A stretch of 64,000 bases of DNA from an uncultured Planctomycetales bacterium (GTDB lineage Bacteria; 4484-113; JAFGCY01). Below are positions 45,096-54,406 of the stretch, piece by piece. The translations under genes were made by a program, and so were the position numbers. Within the stretch, counting starts at the first letter, position 1, and each line of letters begins with the position of its first letter. Under the pieces are notes generated by a model. That model saw only the letters and a list, made by a program, of their open reading frames with translations. It made no database searches and was not told the DNA's origin. The stretch spans positions 79,836 to 143,835 of the forward strand of contig CAZSSB010000001.1 of the NCBI GenBank assembly GCA_964609245.1, given 5' to 3'.

Positions 45096-47504
45096 CTACC
45101 GTTTCAGGTTGACGATCTCGTTGAGGATCTCGTCCTGGGTGGTGAACACGCGGCTGTTGGCCTGGAGGCCGCGCTGCGTGATGATCAGATTGGTGAATTC
45201 CAGCGACATGTCGATGTTGGACTGCTCCACGTAGCCGCTGAACACCACGCCCGCGCCACCGGTGCCGGGCTGCAGCTTGACCGCCGAGCCCGAGTTGGTG
45301 GTGGACTGGAACGTGGTGGCGCCCAGCCGCTGCAGACCCTCGGGGTTGCTGAAGGTCGCCAGTGACAGCTGCGCGATCGGCCGCCGCTGGCCGTTGTCGA
45401 AGAAGGCGATGATCGTGCCGCTGGCGTCGGCCTCGAAGTCGGAGAGCACGCCCATCGCGTAACCGTCCTGCTCGCGGGCCGCCGTCGTGGTGGCCGAGGC
45501 GAACTGGGTGATGCCGTCAATCATGTTGCCGCCGCCGTCGAAGATCAGATCCACGGACGACTGCGAGGCGCCGGGGGCGGTGAACTGCACCGGATTGGCG
45601 GCGTTGCCGCTGGTGAGCAGGCCGTCGATGCTGAACTCCATGCGGCCGGTGGTATTGGTCAGCAGGATGTTGGGCTCCTCCGGCAGACTGACCTCGTAGT
45701 CCCAGATGTTCTCGTTGACGTGGGTGAACGTGACGGTCAGGTTGTGGGCGTTGCCCAGTGAGTCGTAGACCAGCCGGCTGGTGGTGTGGCGGAAGGCGTC
45801 CTCGGTGCGGAAGGTGGCCTGGCCGGCGCCCAGCTCATCGATGCTGATGTTGACGCCCGGCAGCAGCGGGAAGGTGGCGCTGGCGCCCTGGATGGCGGTC
45901 TGCACCGCGGAGAGCGTGCTGCTGACGTAGTTCTGCGTCGGCGCGCCGTCGGGCGGCGATGCCACCAGCAGCGGCGGAATCTCCGGCGTGTAGGCCCAGT
46001 CCTCGTAGAACCGCGTCAGCGGCTGCGAGCCGTCGTCGGGGGTGAACACCAGTTCCGCCTGCGCGTTGATGCCGTTGTCGATGACGCCGACGTCGTTAAC
46101 CGCGTCCCAGCCGGCCAGTGAGGTCAGGCCCCAGCGCGAGGCGGCGCCGGGCGCCACGCTGTCGTCGATGTAGATGTCGACGCTCTCATAGCCCGCCAAC
46201 ACGTTGGGTGCCACGCGGGCGGTGTAGTCGGCCTGCTGCTGCTGGCCCTCGAAGGCGTGGGTGAAGGTGATTGTGCCGTTGGCGTTAGCGGTGGCGACGA
46301 CCGAGATGTCGGGCGTGTTGTTGATCTCGTTGGCCAGGATCACGGCGTTCTGGGCCGCGGTGTTGGTGATGGCGTAGGTGTCGGCGAGGGTGACCTGTAC
46401 GCCGTTGATGAACAGCGAGTCACCCGTCACCGGGGCGTTGACGCCCGTACCGACCGGTACCGAGGTGGTGTCGGTCGCGGCCTTGGCGTCGGTCACCGTA
46501 ATCGAGTTGCGTCCGACCAGGAACTTGCCCGGCTCGGTCGCTGCCGCGATCGTGGTGGCCACCGACGGCAGTCCGGTCAGCGGCGCCAGCGAGGCGTCGA
46601 TGGTGAACGAGGTGCCGGGGCTCACGGACTGGATGTAGACCTGGTACTCGTTGTTGTCGTTCTGCACCACGGTGGCCTGCACCTGCTTGTTGAGGATGTC
46701 GTTGTAGTTGATCATGTCGGCGATGATCTGGCTGTACTCCTGGGGATCGGCGGCGTTGACGCCCACCGGGGGCAGCGTCAGGATTTCGCCGTTGATGTCC
46801 AGCGTCTCGGTGCCGCCGACCACCGGGTAGTTGAGCGGGTCGTCGTCGACCGGGTTGCCGACCAGGGTCGCCCAGGGCTGGGCGGCGCCGGCGAAGGTCA
46901 GGATCCCCGTGGTGCCGACGCTGGCGGTCTCGTTGTTGGCGCTGCCGTAGCGGAAGCTGGCGCTGTCGAGGTTGCTGGCGAAGTCCAGCCAGGTCGAGGG
47001 CCGGGCCTCGAGCTTCTTGCCGAACTCGATGATGATGTCGCCCGTGCCCTTGCCGGGATCGACGGCGGTGCCGTCGGAGTTGAGCTGGTTGTAGCCCTGC
47101 AGCCGGTAGCCGTCGCCGGAGACCAGCGCGCCGTTGCGGTCGAGGCTGAAGTTGCCGGCCCGGGTGTAGATCTCCTGGTTGCCGCTCAGCACGATGAAGA
47201 AGCCGGCGCCGTTGATCGCGAAGTCGGTCGGCCGGGCCGTGTTCTCCAGCGCCGACTGCTGCATCAGCGTCTGGATCGCCGCGACCTGCATACCGAGGCC
47301 GACCTGGCGGGGATTGGTGCCGCCGACGACGTCCGACGGCGCGCTGGCGCCGCGCAGCGTCTGACTGAGCACGTCGGCGAACAACAGGCTGGAGCCCTTG
47401 TAGCCCGCCGAGTTGACGTTGGCGAGATTGTTGGCGATCACGTCGATGCGCAATTGGTGGTTGCGCAAGCCGGTCGCCGCAGTGAAGAATGCACTTCCTG
47501 CCAT
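45096..47504 (-). CDS. flgE: Flagellar hook protein FlgE (unusually long, 802 aa)
   Basis: N-terminus FTAATGLRNHQLRIDVIANNLANVNSAGYK and C-terminus GYVEQSNIDMSLEFTNLIITQRGLQANSRVFTTQDEILNEIVNL are the canonical rod/hook terminal segments. A GGAGGA ribosome-binding site lies 6 nt upstream. Confidence 0.93.
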   Translation of the reverse strand: MAGSAFFTAATGLRNHQLRIDVIANNLANVNSAGYKGSSLLFADVLSQTLRGASAPSDVVGGTNPRQVGLGMQVAAIQTLMQQSALENTARPTDFAINGAGFFIVLSGNQEIYTRAGNFSLDRNGALVSGDGYRLQGYNQLNSDGTAVDPGKGTGDIIIEFGKKLEARPSTWLDFASNLDSASFRYGSANNETASVGTTGILTFAGAAQPWATLVGNPVDDDPLNYPVVGGTETLDINGEILTLPPVGVNAADPQEYSQIIADMINYNDILNKQVQATVVQNDNNEYQVYIQSVSPGTSFTIDASLAPLTGLPSVATTIAAATEPGKFLVGRNSITVTDAKAATDTTSVPVGTGVNAPVTGDSLFINGVQVTLADTYAITNTAAQNAVILANEINNTPDISVVATANANGTITFTHAFEGQQQQADYTARVAPNVLAGYESVDIYIDDSVAPGAASRWGLTSLAGWDAVNDVGVIDNGINAQAELVFTPDDGSQPLTRFYEDWAYTPEIPPLLVASPPDGAPTQNYVSSTLSAVQTAIQGASATFPLLPGVNISIDELGAGQATFRTEDAFRHTTSRLVYDSLGNAHNLTVTFTHVNENIWDYEVSLPEEPNILLTNTTGRMEFSIDGLLTSGNAANPVQFTAPGASQSSVDLIFDGGGNMIDGITQFASATTTAAREQDGYAMGVLSDFEADASGTIIAFFDNGQRRPIAQLSLATFSNPEGLQRLGATTFQSTTNSGSAVKLQPGTGGAGVVFSGYVEQSNIDMSLEFTNLIITQRGLQANSRVFTTQDEILNEIVNLKR

Positions 47505-47510
47505 TGATAT

Positions 47511-47568
47511 TCCTCCATGAATAGGGTGGGTGTCCGCGACTGCCTCGGCAGCCTCGGCTCATGGAGGA
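47511..47568 (-). promoter_or_regulatory. Anti-Shine-Dalgarno hairpin in the flgE 5' leader
   Basis: A perfect 10-nt inverted repeat: tcctccatga (47511-47520, complement of the flgE GGAGGA site) and tcatggagga (47559-47568), 38 nt apart. Confidence 0.45.
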
Positions 47569-47716
47569 GCGGCCCACCGCTGTCGATTGGTGGGTCCCTG
47601 GACCTCCCGGCCCCGTCCGCCTGGCTGGCGGGCGGTGCGCGGGTCCGGTCCTCCGCTCCTGACTTGTTTTCAAACTGGTCGGCGGCGCGACGAACTGTTC
47701 CGTCGTCGGTCGCCGG

Positions 47717-48112
47717 TTATACGAACACTGCGCTGTCGATATTGGTCACCACGTTCTGAGACAACTGATCCTGGTCGAAGGCGGTGATGACGGTGCGGCT
47801 GGGGATGTTGACGACCATCGCATAGTCGCCGGACACCATCAGGCTGTCGCGGCTGCCCTTGGCGGCGGCGCGGTCGACGGCGGCCTCGATGCGGGTCAGC
47901 TCGGTCGCTCCCAGTTCGATGCCGCGGCTCTCCAGCCGGCGCACCGCGTGGGCGCTGAACTTGACGCCCGCCGCCGTGCGCAGCGATTCATCGAGAAGCT
48001 GTCGAAACGCAAGCCCGTTCAGGTCCGCCTGCGGTCGGGCCGCGGTGCTTGACTGCGACCTCGAGTGTGCGGCGGACTGAACCGGCTGTCCCGGCAGCAG
48101 TTTGTCGATCAC
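47717..48112 (-). CDS. Flagellar operon protein of the TIGR02530 type (small gene between flgD and flgE)
   Basis: KFSAHAVRRLESRGIELGATELTRIEAAVDRAAAKGSRDSLMVSGDYAMVVNIPSRTVITAFDQDQLSQNVVTNIDSAVFV matches my recollection of this family (..FSKHA..RL..R.I.....L.....A...A..KG.K.SL......A.IV.V...TV.TA........VFTNIDS). Its GTG start overlaps the flgD TGA. Confidence 0.75.
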   Translation of the reverse strand: MIDKLLPGQPVQSAAHSRSQSSTAARPQADLNGLAFRQLLDESLRTAAGVKFSAHAVRRLESRGIELGATELTRIEAAVDRAAAKGSRDSLMVSGDYAMVVNIPSRTVITAFDQDQLSQNVVTNIDSAVFV

Positions 48113-48642
48113 GACTCCTCACCTCCTTGCTCCTCCCCGGCCAGCTCCTCCAGCTGCTCCAGCTGCTCGCTTAGCAGGGCCTCGTCCTCGGGCGAGATGT
48201 CGTCGACGGTCAGCACCTGATCGAGCAGCAGCAGCTTGTCGCCGACCTTCAGCGTCGCGGCGCCCTCAAGCACCTCGACGCGCTCGACGTAGCCCGTCAC
48301 CGACTCGTTGTTGGCGTCCAGCCCTTCCACGTAGCTGCCGATCAGCATCGCGGCTTCGCCCAGGCGCGACGAGGCCATCGATTCCTCCAGCAGGCCGTTG
48401 ATGCTGATCAGCTGCTCGAGGCTGTTGATCGCCGCCAGCTGCTGGGTGAACTCCCCGCTGTCGGTCGGATTCATCGGGTCCTGGTTCTTGAGCTGCTCGA
48501 TCATCAGCCGCATGAAGCTCTGGCTGTCACTGATCTCGTTGGGGTCGCTGACGACCGGATTCTCTGGGTCCGGGTTGACCACGATCCGCGAGTTGGCCTC
48601 GCCGACGAACTGGATGCTGTCCCCGGCATTTACTCCGCTCAT
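48109..48642 (-). CDS. flgD: Flagellar hook assembly/capping protein FlgD
   Basis: SQSFMRLMIEQLKNQDPMNPTDSGEFTQQLAAINSLEQL is the FlgD N-terminal signature. A beta-rich central domain and an acidic tail follow. Confidence 0.9.
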   Translation of the reverse strand: MSGVNAGDSIQFVGEANSRIVVNPDPENPVVSDPNEISDSQSFMRLMIEQLKNQDPMNPTDSGEFTQQLAAINSLEQLISINGLLEESMASSRLGEAAMLIGSYVEGLDANNESVTGYVERVEVLEGAATLKVGDKLLLLDQVLTVDDISPEDEALLSEQLEQLEELAGEEQGGEES

Positions 48643-48659
48643 AGTACGGTCTCCTTGGC

Positions 48660-50717
48660 TCAGCCGCCGCGGCTGAGCGGGGATGTCTGCTTGACCGCCG
48701 GCTCGATGACCGGGGTTGATCTGCTGGCGCTGCCCTCCTGGCGGGCGGCGCTATCTTCGTCGCTGTGCTCCTGCTGCTGGCGTCCGCCGGAGCGCTCGCC
48801 GTCGCCCTCGATCTCCACGATCTGCAGTTCGACGACGTACAGGCCGGCTTCCTCCAGGCTCTGGCGCAGGGCGTCCATGCTGTCCTTCAGCTGCTCCTTG
48901 GGCACGTTCGCCGCTACGGCCAGCTGCATCGCCACCGCGTCGCCGCGGACCGAGATGTTGACGAACATCTTGCCAAGGCTCGGCGGGTTCAGATCGAGGT
49001 GCGCGTTGTACAGGCCGTTGCCCGCGTTGCGCGCCTGCTCGACCTTGTCGAACAGCTGCTCCAGCAGCTGCTGATACTGCAGGCCCTGGTAGGGTGCGAT
49101 CTCGAAGCGCGTACCGACGAACTCCATCAGTTGCGCCGGCAGCTGTGCGGCCTGGGGCTGGATCGCCGTCAGGTCCAGCTCGACGGTCGCAAGCCCGCTG
49201 GCGGTCGGCAGTGGCTCCAGCCGCTGAGGTTCCAGCCGCTGGGGCTGCTGGGCCAGCAGGGCCTGGTCAGGCGAATCGGGCGCCAGTTGTACCAGCGCCT
49301 GGTCCGCGGTCCAGCCGTTGCTCGCCAGCGGCTGGGCGGCGGCGTTGGCCGTGCCGCCGGTACCGCCGGACACGGCCGGTGCCGTTACTGCCGGTGTCGA
49401 CTTGCGCACTGGCGTCTGGTCGGCGCCCAGCATCCTTCGCAGCTGCGTGTCGGCCGTTAGGGCCTGTGCCGCCGGCTGGCCGTCCGATGTGGATACCGCG
49501 GTCAGCTCAGCGGCTGTCGCCGCGGGCGGCTGGGCCGTCTTCGCGGTGGCGGTGAAGGACCTGTCGGCCGCGGTCACCGCGACCGTCGGATTGGATGGGG
49601 ACGGGTTGACGACTGCCTCAGTCTCGCCACCGATCGGCAGACCGGCTGTAGCCGGCGTCGCAGTCAGTTGGGGCTGCGAGGCGGCCGCGGGTGTCGGGCT
49701 GGCGGGTACCGGCTGAGGCTGCGTGCTGGTCAGATTCGGCGCGATCGCTTGGCCGTCCGCCGTGATGGCGGGCAGCGCCGCGTCGAGCCGGCTGATCGTC
49801 AGCTGGGCGCTGAGTGCCGCACTGCTGCCGCCGGTCGTCTCGACCGTCACGTTGTACGTCTGGGTCGCCGCCGGCTGCAGCATGGACTGCTCGGTCGCCG
49901 GCTGCGGCTGAGCAGCCTGCAGGCTGAGTCTGACGGTCGAACCGTCCGATGCCGTCAGCTCGCTGGTCAGGACCGGTGGAGCGGTCTGCACCGCCTCCGT
50001 GCCGGGCTGGCCTGCGCCAATCACGCCCGCCGTCGCGAACCACTTGATGCTCGCCGGGGCGGCCGCCAGTTCAGCTGCGCCCGCCAGGATCGACCCGGTT
50101 GGCGTTTGGGTGCCGCTGGCGGCGGTCGCCAGGGACATGGTCCGGCCGGCGGCGTCGGTTTGACCTGCTGTCGCGGACCATGGCAGGCTCAGGCTGAGGC
50201 CCAGGGCCGAGGTCAGCACGGGCTGGCTGGACTCCACCGCGACTTGGGCGTCGGAGCCGCCCAGCACCGCGGCGAGATCGGCCAGCAGCTGCCGCCACCC
50301 GGCCAGCAGTGTCAGGACGGTCTCGGCCGGCGCCTGCGGAGCAGCCGGTTGCGGACTGCCCGCGGCGAGCGCCTCGCCGGTGTCCTGACTGTAGTCAGAC
50401 GGAAGCTCGGCTGCGCCGTATTGGCCCAGTAGAGCGGCCAGGCATTCGGTTAGCGCTCTGAGCAGGCCGTCGGCGCTGCTAGGCTGCGCGGATGTCCCGT
50501 CGCCCGCCGTGAGGCTTGGCGGTGCCAGGCCATCACCGATGGTCACTGCCAGTTCGCTGTTCGGCTGTTGTTCCAGGCTGGCCAGCTCGGGCTGCACGTA
50601 CTGCTGGAGCGCCAGCAGGAATCCATCCGCGGGCTGTGACTCGCTGCTTGAAACCGTGGGCAGGCCCGCGATCTCGCTGGAAGCCTGGATCAGGGTAATC
50701 AGGTTTGCCGCGTTCAC
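48660..50717 (-). CDS. fliK: Flagellar hook-length control protein FliK
   Basis: AAGGAGG site plus GTG start. A long A/P/T/Q-rich ruler region is followed by a C-terminal Flg_hook-type domain: LDLNPPSLGKMFVNISVRGDAVAMQLAVAANVPKEQLKDSMDALRQSLEEAGL. Confidence 0.85.
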   Translation of the reverse strand: MNAANLITLIQASSEIAGLPTVSSSESQPADGFLLALQQYVQPELASLEQQPNSELAVTIGDGLAPPSLTAGDGTSAQPSSADGLLRALTECLAALLGQYGAAELPSDYSQDTGEALAAGSPQPAAPQAPAETVLTLLAGWRQLLADLAAVLGGSDAQVAVESSQPVLTSALGLSLSLPWSATAGQTDAAGRTMSLATAASGTQTPTGSILAGAAELAAAPASIKWFATAGVIGAGQPGTEAVQTAPPVLTSELTASDGSTVRLSLQAAQPQPATEQSMLQPAATQTYNVTVETTGGSSAALSAQLTISRLDAALPAITADGQAIAPNLTSTQPQPVPASPTPAAASQPQLTATPATAGLPIGGETEAVVNPSPSNPTVAVTAADRSFTATAKTAQPPAATAAELTAVSTSDGQPAAQALTADTQLRRMLGADQTPVRKSTPAVTAPAVSGGTGGTANAAAQPLASNGWTADQALVQLAPDSPDQALLAQQPQRLEPQRLEPLPTASGLATVELDLTAIQPQAAQLPAQLMEFVGTRFEIAPYQGLQYQQLLEQLFDKVEQARNAGNGLYNAHLDLNPPSLGKMFVNISVRGDAVAMQLAVAANVPKEQLKDSMDALRQSLEEAGLYVVELQIVEIEGDGERSGGRQQQEHSDEDSAARQEGSASRSTPVIEPAVKQTSPLSRGG

Positions 50718-50764
50718 ATTCTCACCTCCTTGTGAGTGGATTCGGCACCGGCTTCGCCCGGTGG

Positions 50765-51484
50765 TTACGCCACGTTTGAATCCGGCGGTGGACGGCCGCT
50801 GCCGCTGCTCGCCGGGGGTGCGCCGCCTTCCTCCATGGTGTCCGCGGGGCTGCTTTCATCAGCCGCGGGTGGCGGCTCGGCAGCCGGCTCGGAGCCGGCT
50901 GTATCAGGTTGCATCTCGGTAGTATCCTCGCCGGAAGCTGGCGGCGGCACGTCCGGGACCGCCCGGCCAAGCGCCAGTAGTTCCTCAATCCACCGCGCGG
51001 CCATGGCCGGATCGGCCTCCTCCAGGATGCGTGCCAGGTCGCGCTCGTGCAGTGTGGCCAGCAGGCCGCGCGCGGACTCAGGTTCCAGCTCGGCCAGCAG
51101 GTGCGCCGCGGCCCGGCCGTCCATCCGCGCCAGTGCCTGCCCCAGCTCTCGCTGCGGATCAGGCTGATATTGCTCCGCCGTCGGTGCGCCCGGATCGGTT
51201 TCGGTTGCCGGGTCGGGCGCAGGCGGCTCGGGCGGGAACAGCTGGGGTGCGGTGCCGCCGCGGGCGGACGCGGACTTGCCGCCGGCCGGCGAGGCCACCA
51301 GAGCCCCGAAGTCGATGGCGCCGCGCTGAATCTGAGTCAGCAGCGCGATCACCGCCACCAAGGCCAGCAGGCCCGCCAACGCGGCGTTGGAATAGCCCGG
51401 CCGTGGGCGCGCACCCATGACTACACGGGCTTGCGCGGACCGACCCGGCCCGAATGCGGTTTGCTCAATACTCCCCAACGTCAA
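50765..51484 (-). CDS. MgtE-N-like flagellar operon protein (YlxF/MotE-like)
   Basis: One TM helix (AALAGLLALVAVIALL), then LARMDGRAAAHLLAELEPESARGLLATLHERDLARILEEADPAMAARWIEEL (MgtE intracellular N-domain pattern). It lies directly upstream of fliK, as in Bacillus-type fla operons. The start codon is uncertain (alternative Met at 51418). Confidence 0.6.
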   Translation of the reverse strand: MTLGSIEQTAFGPGRSAQARVVMGARPRPGYSNAALAGLLALVAVIALLTQIQRGAIDFGALVASPAGGKSASARGGTAPQLFPPEPPAPDPATETDPGAPTAEQYQPDPQRELGQALARMDGRAAAHLLAELEPESARGLLATLHERDLARILEEADPAMAARWIEELLALGRAVPDVPPPASGEDTTEMQPDTAGSEPAAEPPPAADESSPADTMEEGGAPPASSGSGRPPPDSNVA

Positions 51485-51528
51485 TCATATCGGCGCCGGG
51501 GCCGGGCGCTTGAGCCCGCGGGCTGGGA

Positions 51529-51882
51529 CTAGTCGCGGTAGATGATGATGTTCTTGGTCATCGTCTTGCCGGGCGACAGGTTGAACTCCCCGCAGTCGTT
51601 GCGCAGTTCGCCGCCGCCGACCGGGACAGTCTTGATGATGTATCTGCCCGGCTCCACGCTCTTGAACATGAAGTTGCCCTTGTCATCGGCGTTCTCACTG
51701 GTCACCAGCGTTCCCGTCTCGGCGTCGATTAGCTGCACGGCGATGAAGCCCTGGCCCTGGCCCCCCTCGTTCATCAGCTGGCCGGCGATGTTGCCCGGGA
51801 TATTGCCGACGACGTTGCAGGATCCCAGCGCAAACGTCGCCAGGATCAGGCAGGCTGTCATAGTCATATACAGTGTCTTCAC
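51529..51882 (-). CDS. Mini-lipoprotein with a carboxypeptidase-regulatory-like (transthyretin-like) fold
   Basis: MKTLYMTMTACLILATFALGSC (lipobox). GFIAVQLIDAETGTLVTSENADDKGNFMFKSVEPGRYIIK is a typical CarboxypepD_reg pattern. Confidence 0.65.
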   Translation of the reverse strand: MKTLYMTMTACLILATFALGSCNVVGNIPGNIAGQLMNEGGQGQGFIAVQLIDAETGTLVTSENADDKGNFMFKSVEPGRYIIKTVPVGGGELRNDCGEFNLSPGKTMTKNIIIYRD

Positions 51883-51894
51883 GATTTCCTCACT

Positions 51895-52941
51895 TCACGC
51901 GCGCCAAATGAACCGGCTGCCACCGTCGCTGCGGGCGACATCACCGATCACGGCTGCGCCGTATTGCCGTTCCTTGCAGAATTCCATGACCTGGTCGGCC
52001 TCGTCGCTCTTGGCCACCACCACGAAGCCCACACCCATGTTGAAGACGTGCCACATCTCATCATCCGTGACGCGGCCCCGGCGCTGGATTATATCAAAGA
52101 CGGGCGGCCGGTCGATTCCGTTCCGGTCGATTCGGGCCGCCAGCTCCGCGGGCAGCACCCGCGGCACGTTGTCGATCAGGCCACCGCCGCTGATGTGGGC
52201 CGCGGCCGCGATGCTGAAACGTTCCGTCAGGGCCATCATCTCGTTGGCGTAGCAGCGGGTGGGGCGCAGCAGGGCATCGCGGAGGGAAGTGCCCAGGCTG
52301 GGATCGACCGCCAGCCACTCGTCGTCGGTCATGTCGGCCAGCGCCCTGCGTGCCAGTGAGAACCCGTTGCAGTGCACGCCGGTGCTACTGAGGCCGATCA
52401 GCACGTCGCCGGCGCTGACCTGCTGCGGGCCGTTCATCCGGTCGCGGTCGACCAACCCGACGGCGAAGCCGACCAGATCGAAGTCCCCCGGGCTGTAAAC
52501 ATCGTTCATCTCAGCGACTTCGCCGCCGATCAGCGCACAGTCGATCTCCTGGCAGCCAGCGGCAACTCCGCTGACGATCGCCGCCACTTCGTCCGGCACG
52601 ACCTTGTTGAGCGCCAGGTAATCGAGAAAGAACAGCGGGCGAGCACCGCTGACAATGATGTCGTTGACCACGCAGCCGACGACGTCGCGGCCGGCCCACT
52701 CCCAGGTGCGAAAGCGCGAGTGGAGGATCGTCTTGGTGCCGAGGCTGTCCGTGCTGTTGACCAGCACGGGTTGCGCGAAGCCATCCAGCTGCGGCGCGAA
52801 GGCCGCGCCGAAGGCGCCGACGCCGGCCAGCACTTCCGGCCCGTGGGTGGCCTCCACGGCCGCCCGAAACCGCGCGATGGCCTCATCCTGAGCGGCAATG
52901 CTGACGCCGGTTGCTTCGTAGGTCAGCGGCTTATCCGGCAT
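51895..52941 (-). CDS. purM: Phosphoribosylformylglycinamidine cyclo-ligase (AIR synthetase)
   Basis: LTYEATGVSI, VNSTDSLGTKT, DVVGCVVNDIIVSGARPLFFLDY, GGEVAEM and HISGGG are the PurM motifs in order, in 348 aa. Confidence 0.95.
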   Translation of the reverse strand: MPDKPLTYEATGVSIAAQDEAIARFRAAVEATHGPEVLAGVGAFGAAFAPQLDGFAQPVLVNSTDSLGTKTILHSRFRTWEWAGRDVVGCVVNDIIVSGARPLFFLDYLALNKVVPDEVAAIVSGVAAGCQEIDCALIGGEVAEMNDVYSPGDFDLVGFAVGLVDRDRMNGPQQVSAGDVLIGLSSTGVHCNGFSLARRALADMTDDEWLAVDPSLGTSLRDALLRPTRCYANEMMALTERFSIAAAAHISGGGLIDNVPRVLPAELAARIDRNGIDRPPVFDIIQRRGRVTDDEMWHVFNMGVGFVVVAKSDEADQVMEFCKERQYGAAVIGDVARSDGGSRFIWRA

Positions 52942-53106
52942 GCTCCGGCCTCCCTGTTGCCTGGGCGTTCACCGGAGCGCATGATACCAGAGTGCAACGC
53001 ACGCTATACTTGCCTCCGTGCAGACCAGGCGCCACCGGTGGCCGGCCTGCGCACGTGCAACAATGAGGGCACCGCCGTCGCCAGGCGGCGGCCAGGAGGA
53101 AGCCAG

Positions 53107-54315
53107 ATGGAGGCAGTCAAAACCATGTTCTCACACCGGATCGCGCAGCGCATGTCCGGTTGTGGCACCGAGGGCGCATTCGTGGTGCTGGCCGAAGCCA
53201 AGCAACTGGAGGCCCAGGGCCGAGACATCGTTCACCTGCAGATCGGCGAGCCGGACTTCGACACCGCGCCGAACATCATCGAGCGTGCCAAGCAGGCGCT
53301 GGATCAAGGCTTCACCCACTACACGCCATCGGCGGGACTGTGGGAGATGCGCGAGCGCTACGCGGAGTACGTCTGCCGGCGCTACGGGGTCAGCGGGATC
53401 ACCGGGCGCAACATCGTGATCACGCCGGGCGCCAAGCCCATCTGCTTTCTGGTGGGCGTCGCGCTGATCGATCCCGGTGACGAGGTCATCATCTTCGATC
53501 CCACCTATCCGGCGTATGAGAACGCCGCCCACCTGATGGGCGGCGTGGTGAAGCGGTTACCGCTGACGGAGGAATCAGGCTTCCGCTTCGACCACGACCA
53601 GCTGGCCAGCTTGGTGACTGACAAGACCAAGCTGTTCTACATGAACACTCCCCAGAACCCGACCGGCGGCGTATTGACGATGGAGGATCTCGAGTTCATC
53701 GCCGAACTGGCCCGCCGACGCAACTTCTACGTCTTCAGCGACGAGATCTACAACCGGCTGGTCTACGACGGCGAGCATGCCAGCATCCTGCACGTCCCGG
53801 ATTTCCTGGAGCAGACGATCATGCTCGACGGTCATTCCAAGACCTACGCCATGACAGGCTGGCGGCTGGGATTCTCGATCAGCAGCGAGCAGGTCGTCGA
53901 CCACATGACGGTGCTGATGACCAACGCCAACAGCTGCACCGCGGCCTTCACCCAGGTCGCCGGCGCGGAGGCGCTGCTGGGCGATCAAAGCAGCGTCGAT
54001 GAGATGGTGGCGCGGTTCAAGATGCGGCGCAACCTGATCGTCGACGGCCTGAACTCGATTCCCGGCGTGACCTGCACGCTGCCTGCCGGTGCGTTCTACG
54101 CCTATCCCAATGTCAAGGAATTCACGGAGAAGCAGGGCCGGACCGCCCGCGAGTTGCAGCACATCCTGCTGCACGAGTACGGCGTGGCCTGCCTGGACGG
54201 TACGTGCTTCGGACCGGGCGGCGAAGGCTACCTGCGCTTCAGCTACGCCAACAGCAAGGAGAACATCGAGAAGGGCCTGGAGCGGCTGCGGGACGCGTTC
54301 AGCCATCTGGGATAG
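53107..54315 (+). CDS. Pyridoxal-phosphate-dependent aminotransferase, class I (aspartate/aromatic type)
   Basis: ATG at 53107 inside track ORF 52372... Contains IVHLQIGEPDFDTAPNI, YTPSAGL, NTPQNPTGGV, FSDEIY, GHSKTYAMTGWRLGF (PLP lysine) and LRFSYA. Confidence 0.92.
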   Translation: MEAVKTMFSHRIAQRMSGCGTEGAFVVLAEAKQLEAQGRDIVHLQIGEPDFDTAPNIIERAKQALDQGFTHYTPSAGLWEMRERYAEYVCRRYGVSGITGRNIVITPGAKPICFLVGVALIDPGDEVIIFDPTYPAYENAAHLMGGVVKRLPLTEESGFRFDHDQLASLVTDKTKLFYMNTPQNPTGGVLTMEDLEFIAELARRRNFYVFSDEIYNRLVYDGEHASILHVPDFLEQTIMLDGHSKTYAMTGWRLGFSISSEQVVDHMTVLMTNANSCTAAFTQVAGAEALLGDQSSVDEMVARFKMRRNLIVDGLNSIPGVTCTLPAGAFYAYPNVKEFTEKQGRTARELQHILLHEYGVACLDGTCFGPGGEGYLRFSYANSKENIEKGLERLRDAFSHLG

Positions 54316-54406
54316 CCAGCCACCGCCCGGCCTTGCACCGATACCGGCCGAGCGATGAAGGTGCGGCAAACGCACGGTATATAGTAGTGGCAACAGAGGA
54401 GTGCAT

